In this document: positions 1 through 8,883 of the stretch, in pieces | How the letters are laid out: the number at the start of each line of letters is the position of its first letter | Numbering within the stretch: the stretch's first letter is position 1 | Source: an uncultured bacterium | Lineage (GTDB): Bacteria; Acidobacteriota; HRBIN11; JAKEFK01 | DNA length: 64,000 nt | Assembly (NCBI GenBank): GCA_963777505.1 | Contig: CAVZQN010000001.1 | Coordinates: forward strand, 1 to 64,000 | Direction of reading: 5' to 3' | The notes under the pieces: generated by a model | Told to the model about the DNA's origin: nothing | The model's database searches: none | Seen by the model: only the letters and a program-made list of their open reading frames with translations | Program-made: the position numbers and the translations under genes

Positions 1-2
1 GG

Positions 3-248
3 GTTGTTCATCTAAAACATCTGATTCATGAAAAAGGGCTTTCAATTCGAGAAGTAAAACGCAGTCTTGCTGCAGATGAAGATCCTCAAAGAATACGCGA
101 AGAAATGGATTTACTCCTAAAAGTGACAGAAGAATTAACTCAAGAAAATTTGATGATCAGGAAGAGCTTTGAAGATCTTGCTCAACGGTTAACAGCCCTT
201 GAAGATGAATTGAGAAAAACGAAGAGTGGATTCCGTTGGTTTAAATGA
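3..248 (+). CDS. 5'-truncated ORF, probably the C-terminal part of a MerR-like regulator with a coiled-coil tail
   Basis: Open frame from the window edge, translated manually: VVHLKHLIHEKGLSIREVKRSL...LAQRLTALEDELRKTKSGFRWFK*. L..EKGLSI.EVK resembles the end of the MerR HTH region, followed by a heptad pattern. Confidence 0.5.
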   Translation, partial: VVHLKHLIHEKGLSIREVKRSLAADEDPQRIREEMDLLLKVTEELTQENLMIRKSFEDLAQRLTALEDELRKTKSGFRWFK

Positions 249-252
249 ACAT

Positions 253-1221
253 ATGAAAATAGCGAAAAACATTTTAGAACTTGTAGGCAACACTCCGCTT
301 GTATATTTGAACAAGGTTAAGTCTTTAAAGGGCGCAAGAATTGCGGCCAAGCTTGAATCTGCAAATCCAGGCGGCTCAGTTAAAGATCGGATCGGTCTTT
401 GGATGGTTCAGGATGCTCTCCAACGTGGAGCACTGAAACCTGGAGGGACGATCATTGAGCCAACTTCTGGAAACACTGGCGTTGGTCTCGCTCTTGCGGC
501 GATTGTTCATGGCTGCAAAATGATTGCTGTAATGCCTGATAAAGTTCCTGTGGAAAAAATTCAACTGCTCGAAGCATATGGCGCTCAGTGCGTGATGTGT
601 CCAACTGATGTAGATCCAGAAGATCCTCGCTCGTACTATGAAACTTCCAAACGCTTAAATCGTGAAACGGAAAATTCATTTTTGCCGCAGCAGTACTACA
701 ACGAAAAAAATATGGATGCCCATTACAACTCAACAGGCCCTGAGATCTGGCGCGATACAGACGGAAAAATTTCCACTTTTGTTACTGGAGTCGGAACCGG
801 TGGAACTATCAGCGGAACCAGCAAATATTTAAAAGAACAAAATCCGAAAATACGCACCGTAGGTATTGATACTGTCGGTTCAGTCATCAAAGGTTTTTTC
901 GAAACCGGAAAAATCGAAGGGTATCATCCTTATCTTATTGATGGCATCGGTGAAGATTTTATTCCAGGGAATATTAAATTCGAATTCATTGATGAAGTGA
1001 TTCAAATACCCGATAAACTCGCATATCAAACCACGATGAAATTGGCGCGAGAAGAAGGGCTCTTTACCGGATCATCGGGCGGCGCGGCCGTTGCCGGCGC
1101 AATTCAGGCTGCTGATAAACTTCAGCCAGATGAATTAGTTGTTGTGCTACTCCCAGATACAGGCGCTCGCTATCTTTCTAAGCTAAATGACAAATGGCTG
1201 AGCGATAAAGGAATGCTTTAA
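253..1221 (+). CDS. PLP-dependent cysteine synthase / cystathionine beta-synthase family protein
   Basis: Motifs GNTPLV, NPGGSVKDR (PLP lysine), EPTSGNTG, GVGTGGT, PDTGARYLSK. PEDPRSYY is CBS-like. ATG 253 preferred over GTG 226. Confidence 0.93.
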   Translation: MKIAKNILELVGNTPLVYLNKVKSLKGARIAAKLESANPGGSVKDRIGLWMVQDALQRGALKPGGTIIEPTSGNTGVGLALAAIVHGCKMIAVMPDKVPVEKIQLLEAYGAQCVMCPTDVDPEDPRSYYETSKRLNRETENSFLPQQYYNEKNMDAHYNSTGPEIWRDTDGKISTFVTGVGTGGTISGTSKYLKEQNPKIRTVGIDTVGSVIKGFFETGKIEGYHPYLIDGIGEDFIPGNIKFEFIDEVIQIPDKLAYQTTMKLAREEGLFTGSSGGAAVAGAIQAADKLQPDELVVVLLPDTGARYLSKLNDKWLSDKGML

Positions 1222-1304
1222 CCGCAAGGCTCAGAGTTTTTGCTTTTTTGTTTTTGATCTGTTAGCATCTACGCCTTAGTTCTTTGAAAATAACTTAGAA
1301 CCCG

Positions 1305-1490
1305 CCTGCAATTGAGGGAAGCGTGGTAAAAAAATCCACCGCAGCCCCCGCTGCTGTATACGGGAACGAAATTCGGAACGTCGAATTTTCATTTAACGAT
1401 CGGCGCGAAACCACTGTCTGTTTTGTAAAAAACGGATGGGAAGGTCCGAAAAGTAGGATGATCCGTGAGCCAGAAAACCTGATTGCAAGT
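1305..1490 (+). ncRNA. Cobalamin (B12) riboswitch
   Basis: Conserved blocks AGGGAAGCGTGGTAAAAAATCCACCGCAGCCCCCGCTGCTGTA, CCACTG, GGGAAGGT and B12-box GAGCCAGAAAACCTG. P1-like pairing TGCAAT(1307)/ATTGCA(1482). Lies directly upstream of btuB. Confidence 0.92.
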
Positions 1491-1556
1491 GCAAGTTGCG
1501 ACCGATCTTCGGAGGGAAGATACCAGCGTCATGAAACGCATTGATGCGCTCCATGG

Positions 1557-1588
1557 CACCCGGCAGGATCGGCCGGGTTCCACTTTTT
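1557..1588 (+). terminator. Probable riboswitch expression-platform hairpin
   Basis: ACCCGGC-AGGATCG-GCCGGGT followed by TCCACTTTTT, just before the btuB RBS. Confidence 0.5.
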
Positions 1589-1604
1589 AAATGGAGAAAA
1601 AACA

Positions 1605-3437
1605 ATGCGTACCCTTCTCACAATTCTAGTTACACTTCTTTTTGCTTCAGTTTTGTCTGCAGATGAAACAGAAACAACTGAACCGGAATCCCCGGAATAT
1701 CAAATTACAGTAACCGGCGACCGTCTTGAAGAACCGATCACGGACAAGACTGACGCAATCACGGTCATCACGCGCGAAGAAATTGAACAACAACAATGGC
1801 ATCACCTTAATGATGCTTTAGAGCAAGTTCCAGGTTTGATCCTTTTGCAAAGTGGTTCGCCTGGAAAAGTTACGTCCGTTTTTCTTCGCGGGGCAGGCTC
1901 ATCTCAGGTTCTCGTTTTAGTAGATGGCATTCAAGTAAACAATCCTTACTTCGGAGGAATCAATTTTGAAGAATTGACAACCGACAATATTGAACGAATT
2001 GAAGTGATTAAAGGACCTCAAAGCCCTCTTTATGGAAGTGAGTCTATTGGAGGTGTGATCCAGATTATTACGCGCCGTGGGTCAGGATCACCCACAGTAA
2101 ATGCTTCATTTGAAGGCGGCAGCTTTGATACATTTCGCGAAAAAGTTGGAGTCTCCGGATCCCAAAACAATCTTGATTATGCTCTGGCTTTTTCACGCCA
2201 GGATTCAGATGGGATTTTGGAGAACGATGAATTTAATGAAAATAGCTTTTCCGCACGCGCTGGATATCACTGGAACAATGAAACTGCGTTGGATTTCACA
2301 ACGCGCATTCATGATTCTGAAGCCGGACTCCCCTTCGATTTCATTTTCCTCCCCGCCCTTTTACAAAATCAGGATACATCGCTGAGACTCTTCGGAACGA
2401 ATTTTACTCATCGCAACGGAAATTTGCTTAACTTATTAGCATCATTCTCTGTTGCCGACCGTGATTATCATTTCGAAGACCCGGAAAACACATTTGCTCC
2501 GATACAAGACAATTCCTCACGTTCCTATGAGCTTACTCTTCAAAATAACTTTCAACTCAATGAAGAAAATACAATTACGGCTGGCTATGAATATGAAACG
2601 GATGATGTCGAAGCTTCGGATTCAAATGGACCATCCCTGGATGAAACCATCGAGAATCATGGTTTGTTTATTCAGGAAAAGCTTGAAACATCGCATGTGA
2701 TTCTTACAGCCGGCGTTCGATATGATCACTATAATTCCTTTGGCGACACAGTGAACCCAAGACTTGGTGTTGCCTATCGTTTTACAGAGGAAACCAAAGC
2801 ACGGGCGAGTTATGGTACGGGTTTTAGAGCGCCATCCGCAGGCGACCTGGCGTTTCCATTTTATGGCAATCCGGATCTAGAACCGGAAAAGAGTCAGTCA
2901 TGGGAAGTCGGCGTCGATCATTATCTGACTTCGCGCACATTCATCAGCGCTTCATGGTTTCACAATGATTATGAAGACTTAATCACTTTTGACCCGCAAA
3001 CGTTAATCGCAGGCAACGTTGCGGAAGCAATGACTCAAGGCCTTGAATTGTCTGGATCCTTCCGGCATGGACCGTGGAATTTCACAGGCGGGTATACGTA
3101 CCTGGATACGGAAGACGAAACGACAGGACTGGAATTATTCCGCAGACCAAAACACTCCGGTAATTTTCGCCTCGCTTATCAGACTGAAAATTGGGGAGCC
3201 TCTTTCGCTACGTATGGCTATGGCGAACGTTTAGAAGCAGATTTTCGAGTGTTCCCATCACAAAATGTTTTCAATCCAGGTTTTAGTCAGAGCGATCTGG
3301 CAGTTCACTATCAAATCGTTCGTGCAATTCGGATCAAAGCTCGTGTAGAAAATTTATTTGATAAGGATTATGAGGCGGTACTTGGATTTCCTGCGCCAGG
3401 AAGAGGCGCGTATGCTGGAATTGAGGCATCATTTTGA
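1605..3437 (+). CDS. btuB: TonB-dependent cobalamin receptor
   Basis: Signal peptide, TonB-box-like ITVTG, plug motifs (VLVLVDG, IERIEVIKGPQSPLYG), C-terminal F, upstream B12 riboswitch. Confidence 0.88.
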   Translation: MRTLLTILVTLLFASVLSADETETTEPESPEYQITVTGDRLEEPITDKTDAITVITREEIEQQQWHHLNDALEQVPGLILLQSGSPGKVTSVFLRGAGSSQVLVLVDGIQVNNPYFGGINFEELTTDNIERIEVIKGPQSPLYGSESIGGVIQIITRRGSGSPTVNASFEGGSFDTFREKVGVSGSQNNLDYALAFSRQDSDGILENDEFNENSFSARAGYHWNNETALDFTTRIHDSEAGLPFDFIFLPALLQNQDTSLRLFGTNFTHRNGNLLNLLASFSVADRDYHFEDPENTFAPIQDNSSRSYELTLQNNFQLNEENTITAGYEYETDDVEASDSNGPSLDETIENHGLFIQEKLETSHVILTAGVRYDHYNSFGDTVNPRLGVAYRFTEETKARASYGTGFRAPSAGDLAFPFYGNPDLEPEKSQSWEVGVDHYLTSRTFISASWFHNDYEDLITFDPQTLIAGNVAEAMTQGLELSGSFRHGPWNFTGGYTYLDTEDETTGLELFRRPKHSGNFRLAYQTENWGASFATYGYGERLEADFRVFPSQNVFNPGFSQSDLAVHYQIVRAIRIKARVENLFDKDYEAVLGFPAPGRGAYAGIEASF

Positions 3438-3461
3438 AACTGCAGAGACGCAAAGATTAAA

Positions 3462-4283
3462 ATGAGAAAAACCGGCCTTATTGTTTTCATAGTACTTTTC
3501 GCCCAGATATGTTCTGCGCAACCTAAAAGGATTATTTCGATTGCACCAAGCTTTACGGAAAGTCTGTATGCATTAGGTTTAGGATCCAATATCATAGGGA
3601 CTACAACCTTCTGTGATTACCCGCCTGAAGCGCTTAAAACAGAAAAAGTAGGAGACATCTTAAATCCTAATATTGAAAAAATAATCCGCCTGGAACCGGA
3701 TCTGGTGGTCTGCGGCGCATGGAAATGGCAAGTACCTGAGAAGCTTCGCAAGGCTGGTATTCAGGTGCTTGAAATGAAGGATGCTGAAAATCTGCATGAT
3801 TCGTTGCAACGGATTCTGCTGCTAGGAAAAGAAGTCGGTAAGCAAAAAGAAGCAGAAACTCTTGTTAGCGAAATGAAAAAACAGATCGAAACAATCCGTG
3901 CAAGATCCAGCAAACGTAAACCCGTGAAGGTTTATATTGAATTGGATGCAGGACAATGGACCGTGGGAGGAACCTCATATTTGACCGAGGTGGCAAAAAT
4001 CGTAGGGTTGCAAAACATATTTCAAGATCGAAAAGAACCCTATTTGATGGTTACAATGGAATCAATTCTTGCAAAGGATCCTGACGTTCTTCTTTCATTA
4101 AACCGTACAAAAAATGAGTATCAAGAAATGCAAAGCTGGCGGGCTGCACGTTGTGTGAGAGAAGGCAAGATTATCGACAGACTATCAATTGATTGGAATG
4201 CAATCACCCATCAAAGCCCACGGATGCTGGAAGGAATTCAAACATTAGAAAAGCGTGTTAATGAAATGTTCGGTTTGTACTAA
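3462..4283 (+). CDS. btuF: Cobalamin ABC transporter periplasmic binding protein (BtuF-like)
   Basis: RIISIAPSFTE, TTFCDYP, PNIEKII helical-backbone motifs; signal peptide; operon context. Confidence 0.8.
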   Translation: MRKTGLIVFIVLFAQICSAQPKRIISIAPSFTESLYALGLGSNIIGTTTFCDYPPEALKTEKVGDILNPNIEKIIRLEPDLVVCGAWKWQVPEKLRKAGIQVLEMKDAENLHDSLQRILLLGKEVGKQKEAETLVSEMKKQIETIRARSSKRKPVKVYIELDAGQWTVGGTSYLTEVAKIVGLQNIFQDRKEPYLMVTMESILAKDPDVLLSLNRTKNEYQEMQSWRAARCVREGKIIDRLSIDWNAITHQSPRMLEGIQTLEKRVNEMFGLY

Positions 4284-4291
4284 GGCACGCG

Positions 4292-4317
4292 GTAGGGGCG
4301 GGTCTAAGACCCGCCCT
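4292..4317. repeat. GTAG-family REP-like palindrome
   Basis: GTAGGGGCGGGTCTAAGACCCGCCCT; near-identical copies at 7333, 8854, 13019 and 26580. Confidence 0.85.
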
Positions 4318-4335
4318 GCGAATTACTTTTAAGCC

Positions 4336-5097
4336 ATGAGAATCATTTCACTCGTACCATCCATTACAGAGACCCTGTTTGAACTTGGTTTGGAAGACCA
4401 TATCGTTGGGATCACAACATTCTGCCATCATCCCAAAAACAAAGTTCATTTAAAAACAAAAGTGGGCGGCACAAAAAATCCAGATAGGCAAAAAATTCTG
4501 GAATTAGAACCGCATGTGATCCTTTTGAACGAAGAAGAAAACCGCAAAGACGATGCTGATTTTTTCAGATCACATGGAATTCCTCTACACATATCCTTTC
4601 CAAGCAACGTTGTAGAAGCATCAGAACTTGTCAAAGAACTCGGAGATAACTTTGGAGTTCCTCAGAAGGGAGAAGAACTTCGAAACAATATCCTTCTCAC
4701 CTGTAAGAACCTCCAAATTTCACGCCGATGGAAGACGTTGATCTTAATTTGGAAAAAACCTTACTGGAGTGTAAATTCTTCAACGTATGTTCATTCCGTT
4801 TGTGAAACTGTTGGGCTTGAAAACCTGTTTGGCAATTCCCCGGATCGTTATCCAAAGCTCACAGACATCGATATTATGACGTCGGATCCGGAAGTCGTTT
4901 TGTTTCCTGATGAACCCTATGTATTCAGAGAAAAAGAGGTCAACGAGTTTAAAGATCAATTTCCAAATTTGAATGCTGTGACCCATCGCCGGTTGTTGAA
5001 ATTAGATGGCTCATACTTAACATGGCATGGCGCAAGAACCTTAAAGGCGCTCCAGGAATTACCTGTCATTGTCCAGAATCTGCAAGAAAATTCATGA
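4336..5097 (+). CDS. Second helical-backbone metal receptor (BtuF/TroA-like), no obvious signal peptide
   Basis: MRIISLVPSITE, VGITTFCHHP, KVGGTKNP, PDEPYVF, DGSYLTWHG motifs. Confidence 0.82.
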   Translation: MRIISLVPSITETLFELGLEDHIVGITTFCHHPKNKVHLKTKVGGTKNPDRQKILELEPHVILLNEEENRKDDADFFRSHGIPLHISFPSNVVEASELVKELGDNFGVPQKGEELRNNILLTCKNLQISRRWKTLILIWKKPYWSVNSSTYVHSVCETVGLENLFGNSPDRYPKLTDIDIMTSDPEVVLFPDEPYVFREKEVNEFKDQFPNLNAVTHRRLLKLDGSYLTWHGARTLKALQELPVIVQNLQENS

Positions 5098-6047
5098 GCC
5101 GTAAAAAACCAAATACAATGATCGCAATCCTGCTTTTGCTGCTTGCAGGTGCCATACTCATTTCACTGACAACCGGTGAAATTAAAGGATGGAATGAGAC
5201 TGTAATTCTTTATATCCGTCTTCCACGTGTTTTGCTCGGACTGGTTGTAGGAATTGCTCTGGCAACAGCTGGAACTGTCTACCAAGGACTGCTGCGAAAT
5301 CCTCTGGCGGATCCATACATACTTGGAACATCAAGTGCCGGCACGTTTGGGGCGCTTCTTGCTGCAATTCTGAACTATCACTTCAATTTTACTGTGTACC
5401 TCTTCTCAATCGGGTCTGCCTTTCTAAGCATGATGCTTGTGTATCGAATTGCATCTGTACAAGGTCGAACCCCGGTACAAACTCTGATTCTTGCAGGCGT
5501 TATCTCAAGCACTTTTTTTGGAGCACTCGTCCTTCTGTTGTTTACACTCTTTCGGCGGGAGTCATTTTCAATTTTGTTTTTCTTACTTGGTTCTCTCTCC
5601 GGAACTGGCTCTCCGATTTTGATTGCTATCTCCGGGGTTCTGGTTTTGATTGGTGCCGGAACTTCCCTTTTTCTTGCGCGAGATCTCGATGCGATGAGTT
5701 CAGGCGAAGAAGATGCTTTGCATCTTGGCATTCCTGTAGAAAGAATCAAGCAACTTCTGTTTTTTTCATCATCGTTACTTGTTGGAGCCAGCGTCTCGCT
5801 TGCAGGATCAATCGGATTTGTCGGACTAATCGTTCCTCATATTTTACGTCTTCTTATCGGCCCATCACACAGAAAACTGATTCTTGCAAGCGCAATTGGC
5901 GGCGCATTTTTCCTAATCTTAATGGATGTTCTTGCACGTACAGTCTTTTCACCGCTTGAAGTTCCTGTTGGAGTGTTTACTTCATTGTGCGGCGCACCAT
6001 TCTTTGTCTATCTGTTGAAACGGAAACAAGAGGAAACTGCATTTTGA
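5094..6047 (+). CDS. btuC: FecCD/BtuC-family ABC permease
   Basis: IRLPRVLL, LLRNPLADPYILG, GSIGFVGLIVPH, GAPFF. ATG 5094 overlaps the previous stop. Confidence 0.88.
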   Translation: MSRKKPNTMIAILLLLLAGAILISLTTGEIKGWNETVILYIRLPRVLLGLVVGIALATAGTVYQGLLRNPLADPYILGTSSAGTFGALLAAILNYHFNFTVYLFSIGSAFLSMMLVYRIASVQGRTPVQTLILAGVISSTFFGALVLLLFTLFRRESFSILFFLLGSLSGTGSPILIAISGVLVLIGAGTSLFLARDLDAMSSGEEDALHLGIPVERIKQLLFFSSSLLVGASVSLAGSIGFVGLIVPHILRLLIGPSHRKLILASAIGGAFFLILMDVLARTVFSPLEVPVGVFTSLCGAPFFVYLLKRKQEETAF

Positions 6048-6829
6048 ATTACTCGATTACAACGAACAATTTAACGGCAGGTTATCCCGGCTCTTTCCAG
6101 ATTCAAGATCTGAATTTTCAAATTAAAGAAGCAGGATTCTGGGGAATAATCGGGCCCAACGGCTCCGGCAAATCAACATTGCTGAAAGTATTAAGCAAAA
6201 TCATCCCCATTCAAACAGGCACGGTTTCCATTCAGAACGTTCCGCTTGAAGGTCTCTCATTATCAGAACTCGCTCGCCACATGGCTGTTGTGGGAAGTGA
6301 AGCTCATTTTACTTTTCCATTTCGCGTGTTCGATGTTGTCATGATGGGAAGAATCCCTTTTGTAGGCAGACTCGGATCGTATGTTGAGCGGGATCGAACG
6401 ATAACAGAAGCGGTCCTCAAAAGAACTGAAGTATGGGAATTCCGCGACCGAATGATTCATCAACTTTCAAGCGGTGAAAGACAAAGAGTTCTTCTAGCGC
6501 GTGCTCTTGCACAGGAACCAAAAATATTACTGCTTGATGAACCAACTGCGCATCTTGATTTGCATTACGAGATAGAAATTTTCCGTATTCTAAAAGGTCT
6601 AAATATTGCAGATGGAATTACGGTTGTTACCGTGTCACACAATTTGAATCTGATTGCTGAATTCTGCAGAACGATTATCGTATTGCGAAAAGGCAAATCT
6701 GTTGCGATTGGATCTCCAAAAGAAATTGTTACACCTGAGTTGCTCAAGGAAGTATTTCGAATTGAGTGTCAGATCACTCAAAATCCATTCTCAATGGCTC
6801 CCACAATTTTTCTAAATACAAAATTCTGA
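6044..6829 (+). CDS. btuD: Iron-chelate/cobalamin ABC ATPase
   Basis: Walker A GPNGSGKS, signature LSSGERQR, LLLDEPT. TTG 6044 is coupled to the permease stop. Confidence 0.88.
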   Translation: MNYSITTNNLTAGYPGSFQIQDLNFQIKEAGFWGIIGPNGSGKSTLLKVLSKIIPIQTGTVSIQNVPLEGLSLSELARHMAVVGSEAHFTFPFRVFDVVMMGRIPFVGRLGSYVERDRTITEAVLKRTEVWEFRDRMIHQLSSGERQRVLLARALAQEPKILLLDEPTAHLDLHYEIEIFRILKGLNIADGITVVTVSHNLNLIAEFCRTIIVLRKGKSVAIGSPKEIVTPELLKEVFRIECQITQNPFSMAPTIFLNTKF

Positions 6830-6853
6830 AGGCATTCGCTTAAGAAGCCGGCT

Positions 6854-7147
6854 TCATTTTTGCGTGGGATTGAATATCGCTTGATAAATAAATCCTTCCT
6901 GGTTCTCCCCAACTGGCACGATAAACAAATCGAAGCCACCAATTATTTCATGATGAAACTTGTAAGTATGTTGATGCAGAAAATTTGTAGAAGGACCAAG
7001 AAATAGCAGCGAAAATGCCTCCGAATATGGATGGATCATTTTCACTTCTGTCAATTTAAGTTCAATGGGATCTGCTGCTTCAGATTTTGCAGTAAAAAAA
7101 GTGTTCAGCTGCTTTGAAAAGTTTTCTTGAGTGAACTGTTTTGACAT
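6854..7147 (-). CDS. DUF6916-like small protein
   Basis: Pattern FSLLFLGP...LHQHTY.F.H..IG...LFIVPVG...YQAIFN, recognised from memory of the family. Confidence 0.7.
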   Translation of the reverse strand: MSKQFTQENFSKQLNTFFTAKSEAADPIELKLTEVKMIHPYSEAFSLLFLGPSTNFLHQHTYKFHHEIIGGFDLFIVPVGENQEGFIYQAIFNPTQK

Positions 7148-7332
7148 GCAAAAAATTAAAGAGTTAAGATGGATACTCGATAGCTATGTGCGGGTCTTAT
7201 GGCGGTGATTGAACAACTTCCCTGCAGATATCGACCATACTCCCCCTCTCCTGTTGATTGAGTTTACTCCGGCAGAATGTACTATGCAAATTGGTAATGG
7301 CGTTTTCCCGTTGTGAGGAAGAAATTATCGAC

Positions 7333-7357
7333 GGGCGGGGTTAAGACCCGCCCCTAT
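7333..7357. repeat. GTAG-family REP-like palindrome (reverse orientation)
   Basis: GGGCGGGGTTAAGACCCGCCCCTAT immediately after the hydrolase stop. Confidence 0.8.
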
Positions 7358-7358
7358 T

Positions 7359-8153
7359 TCATTTCCCAAAAACTTTTTTAAAGAAATTTTGCATTTCTTG
7401 CCAGGACTTTTTATCAGCTTCCGCATTGTAAGCAATAGGAATACCAGCAGTTTTTGCTAGTTCATCCGCTCCTGGATTTGTAAAACCATGTTTTGCTCCT
7501 GGATAACTGATGAAGGTTACATCTGCACCAGCATCCTTCATCTCTTTCTGGAAAGTCGCAATTTCCTCTGCAGGAATAAAGCTGTCATCAGCGCCATGAC
7601 AAACAAGTATTTTCGCTTTGATTTTTCCTGACTCCGCTGGTGTCTGTAATTTTAATCCACCATGAAAACTGGCTACCGCATCCAAATCAAGACCTTGTCT
7701 GGCCATTTCCAGAACAACAGAACCGCCGAAACAATATCCAATTGCCGCAATCCGATCAGGATCAACAGTTTTTTGAGCCTTCAATACATCCATAGCAGCG
7801 AGAAATCGTTTTTTCGCTTTATCCATATTCTCATTTACTTCGCCCGAAAACTTTTGAGCATCTTTCGGATGGGTCGTGTTCTTTCCATCTCCATACATAT
7901 CTAAAGCAAATGCCGTATAGCCAAGCTCAGCGAGCATTCGCGCGCGATTTCGGACATATTCATTGTGTCCCCACCATTCATGCACAATAAGAATCCCAGG
8001 CCGTTTCTCTTTGATCGCATCATCATAAGCAAGGAAGCCTTTCATCGTGACGTCATCGGATTTATAACTAACTTCTTCAGTTTTTATCCCAGCCGATGCG
8101 ATGACCGTAACAAAAAGAGAGAGTAATATTCCAAAAGAAAAGACTCGATACAT
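7359..8153 (-). CDS. Dienelactone hydrolase family protein (exported)
   Basis: HEWWG, GYCFGG nucleophile elbow, YPGAKHGF. Start ATG 8153 follows a GGAGG RBS and a signal peptide follows. Confidence 0.9.
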   Translation of the reverse strand: MYRVFSFGILLSLFVTVIASAGIKTEEVSYKSDDVTMKGFLAYDDAIKEKRPGILIVHEWWGHNEYVRNRARMLAELGYTAFALDMYGDGKNTTHPKDAQKFSGEVNENMDKAKKRFLAAMDVLKAQKTVDPDRIAAIGYCFGGSVVLEMARQGLDLDAVASFHGGLKLQTPAESGKIKAKILVCHGADDSFIPAEEIATFQKEMKDAGADVTFISYPGAKHGFTNPGADELAKTAGIPIAYNAEADKKSWQEMQNFFKKVFGK

Positions 8154-8371
8154 GGGGACACCTCCTGCCGTAAAGATTACGAGAATAGATGTTGAAATCA
8201 AGAGGGCCTGTTACAAGTTGCAGCTTGGGCTTCTAAGAATAAATTGGAAGATGGATTCGTTGTTAAGAGTTTAGATATCGAACGCCGGAGGCCCAAACTG
8301 CTTCCCACTTGTCGCAGAAAGCCCCGGCGTTTGTTTTTGGTCTCAAATTCTAGAATAGGAGATGAGAAATT

Positions 8372-8833
8372 ATGCCAAACAGATTCAACGATCGTGAAAA
8401 TGGAGAAAGCGAATATTTCCCCAAAAACTATCTGGAACATCACAGATTTGATTCAACCGGCGAAAGCACCGAAGATGAGAGGCTTGCGCAACGGAATCGT
8501 TTCAATCGAAGCGGAGAATTCGATCAAGAAAACAGCTCGGGCCAACGACACTCACAATACGAACAAGGTCCATATTTCGGGCGAGGTCCAAAAGGATATC
8601 GTAGATCAGATGAAAGGATCGAAGAAGATATTAACGAGAGACTCACTCAGCATCCTTTTCTAGATGCTACGGAGCTCGAAGTAAGCGTTCAAAACGGCGA
8701 CGTTGTCCTGAGTGGGATGGTCGATGACAGAAATGCAAAACGCATTGCCGAAGATATTGCAGAATCGGTCTCTGGTGTTAAAGATGTGCAGAACCAGATC
8801 CGTGTTATCAAGAATTCTTATCAGAATAAATAA
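8372..8833 (+). CDS. BON-domain protein
   Basis: GRGPKGYRRSDERIEEDI...V.V.NGDVVLSG.V...VSGVKDVQNQIRV. Confidence 0.9.
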   Translation: MPNRFNDRENGESEYFPKNYLEHHRFDSTGESTEDERLAQRNRFNRSGEFDQENSSGQRHSQYEQGPYFGRGPKGYRRSDERIEEDINERLTQHPFLDATELEVSVQNGDVVLSGMVDDRNAKRIAEDIAESVSGVKDVQNQIRVIKNSYQNK

Positions 8834-8853
8834 GCTCAGAATCTAAGGTATTA

Positions 8854-8882
8854 GTAGGGGCGGGCTTAAGACCCGTCCCTAC
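8854..8882. repeat. GTAG-family REP-like palindrome between convergent genes
   Basis: GTAGGGGCGGGCTTAAGACCCGTCCCTAC. Confidence 0.85.
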
Positions 8883-8883
8883 T

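Noticed and set aside
1323-1605. ORFs 1323-1544 (+), 1389-1583 (-) and 1393-1605 (-)
   Set aside because: They overlap the cobalamin riboswitch and its expression platform and show no protein-like features.
8198-8663. ORFs 8198-8443 (-) and 8244-8663 (+)
   Set aside because: Shadow frames over the structured intergenic region and the BON gene.
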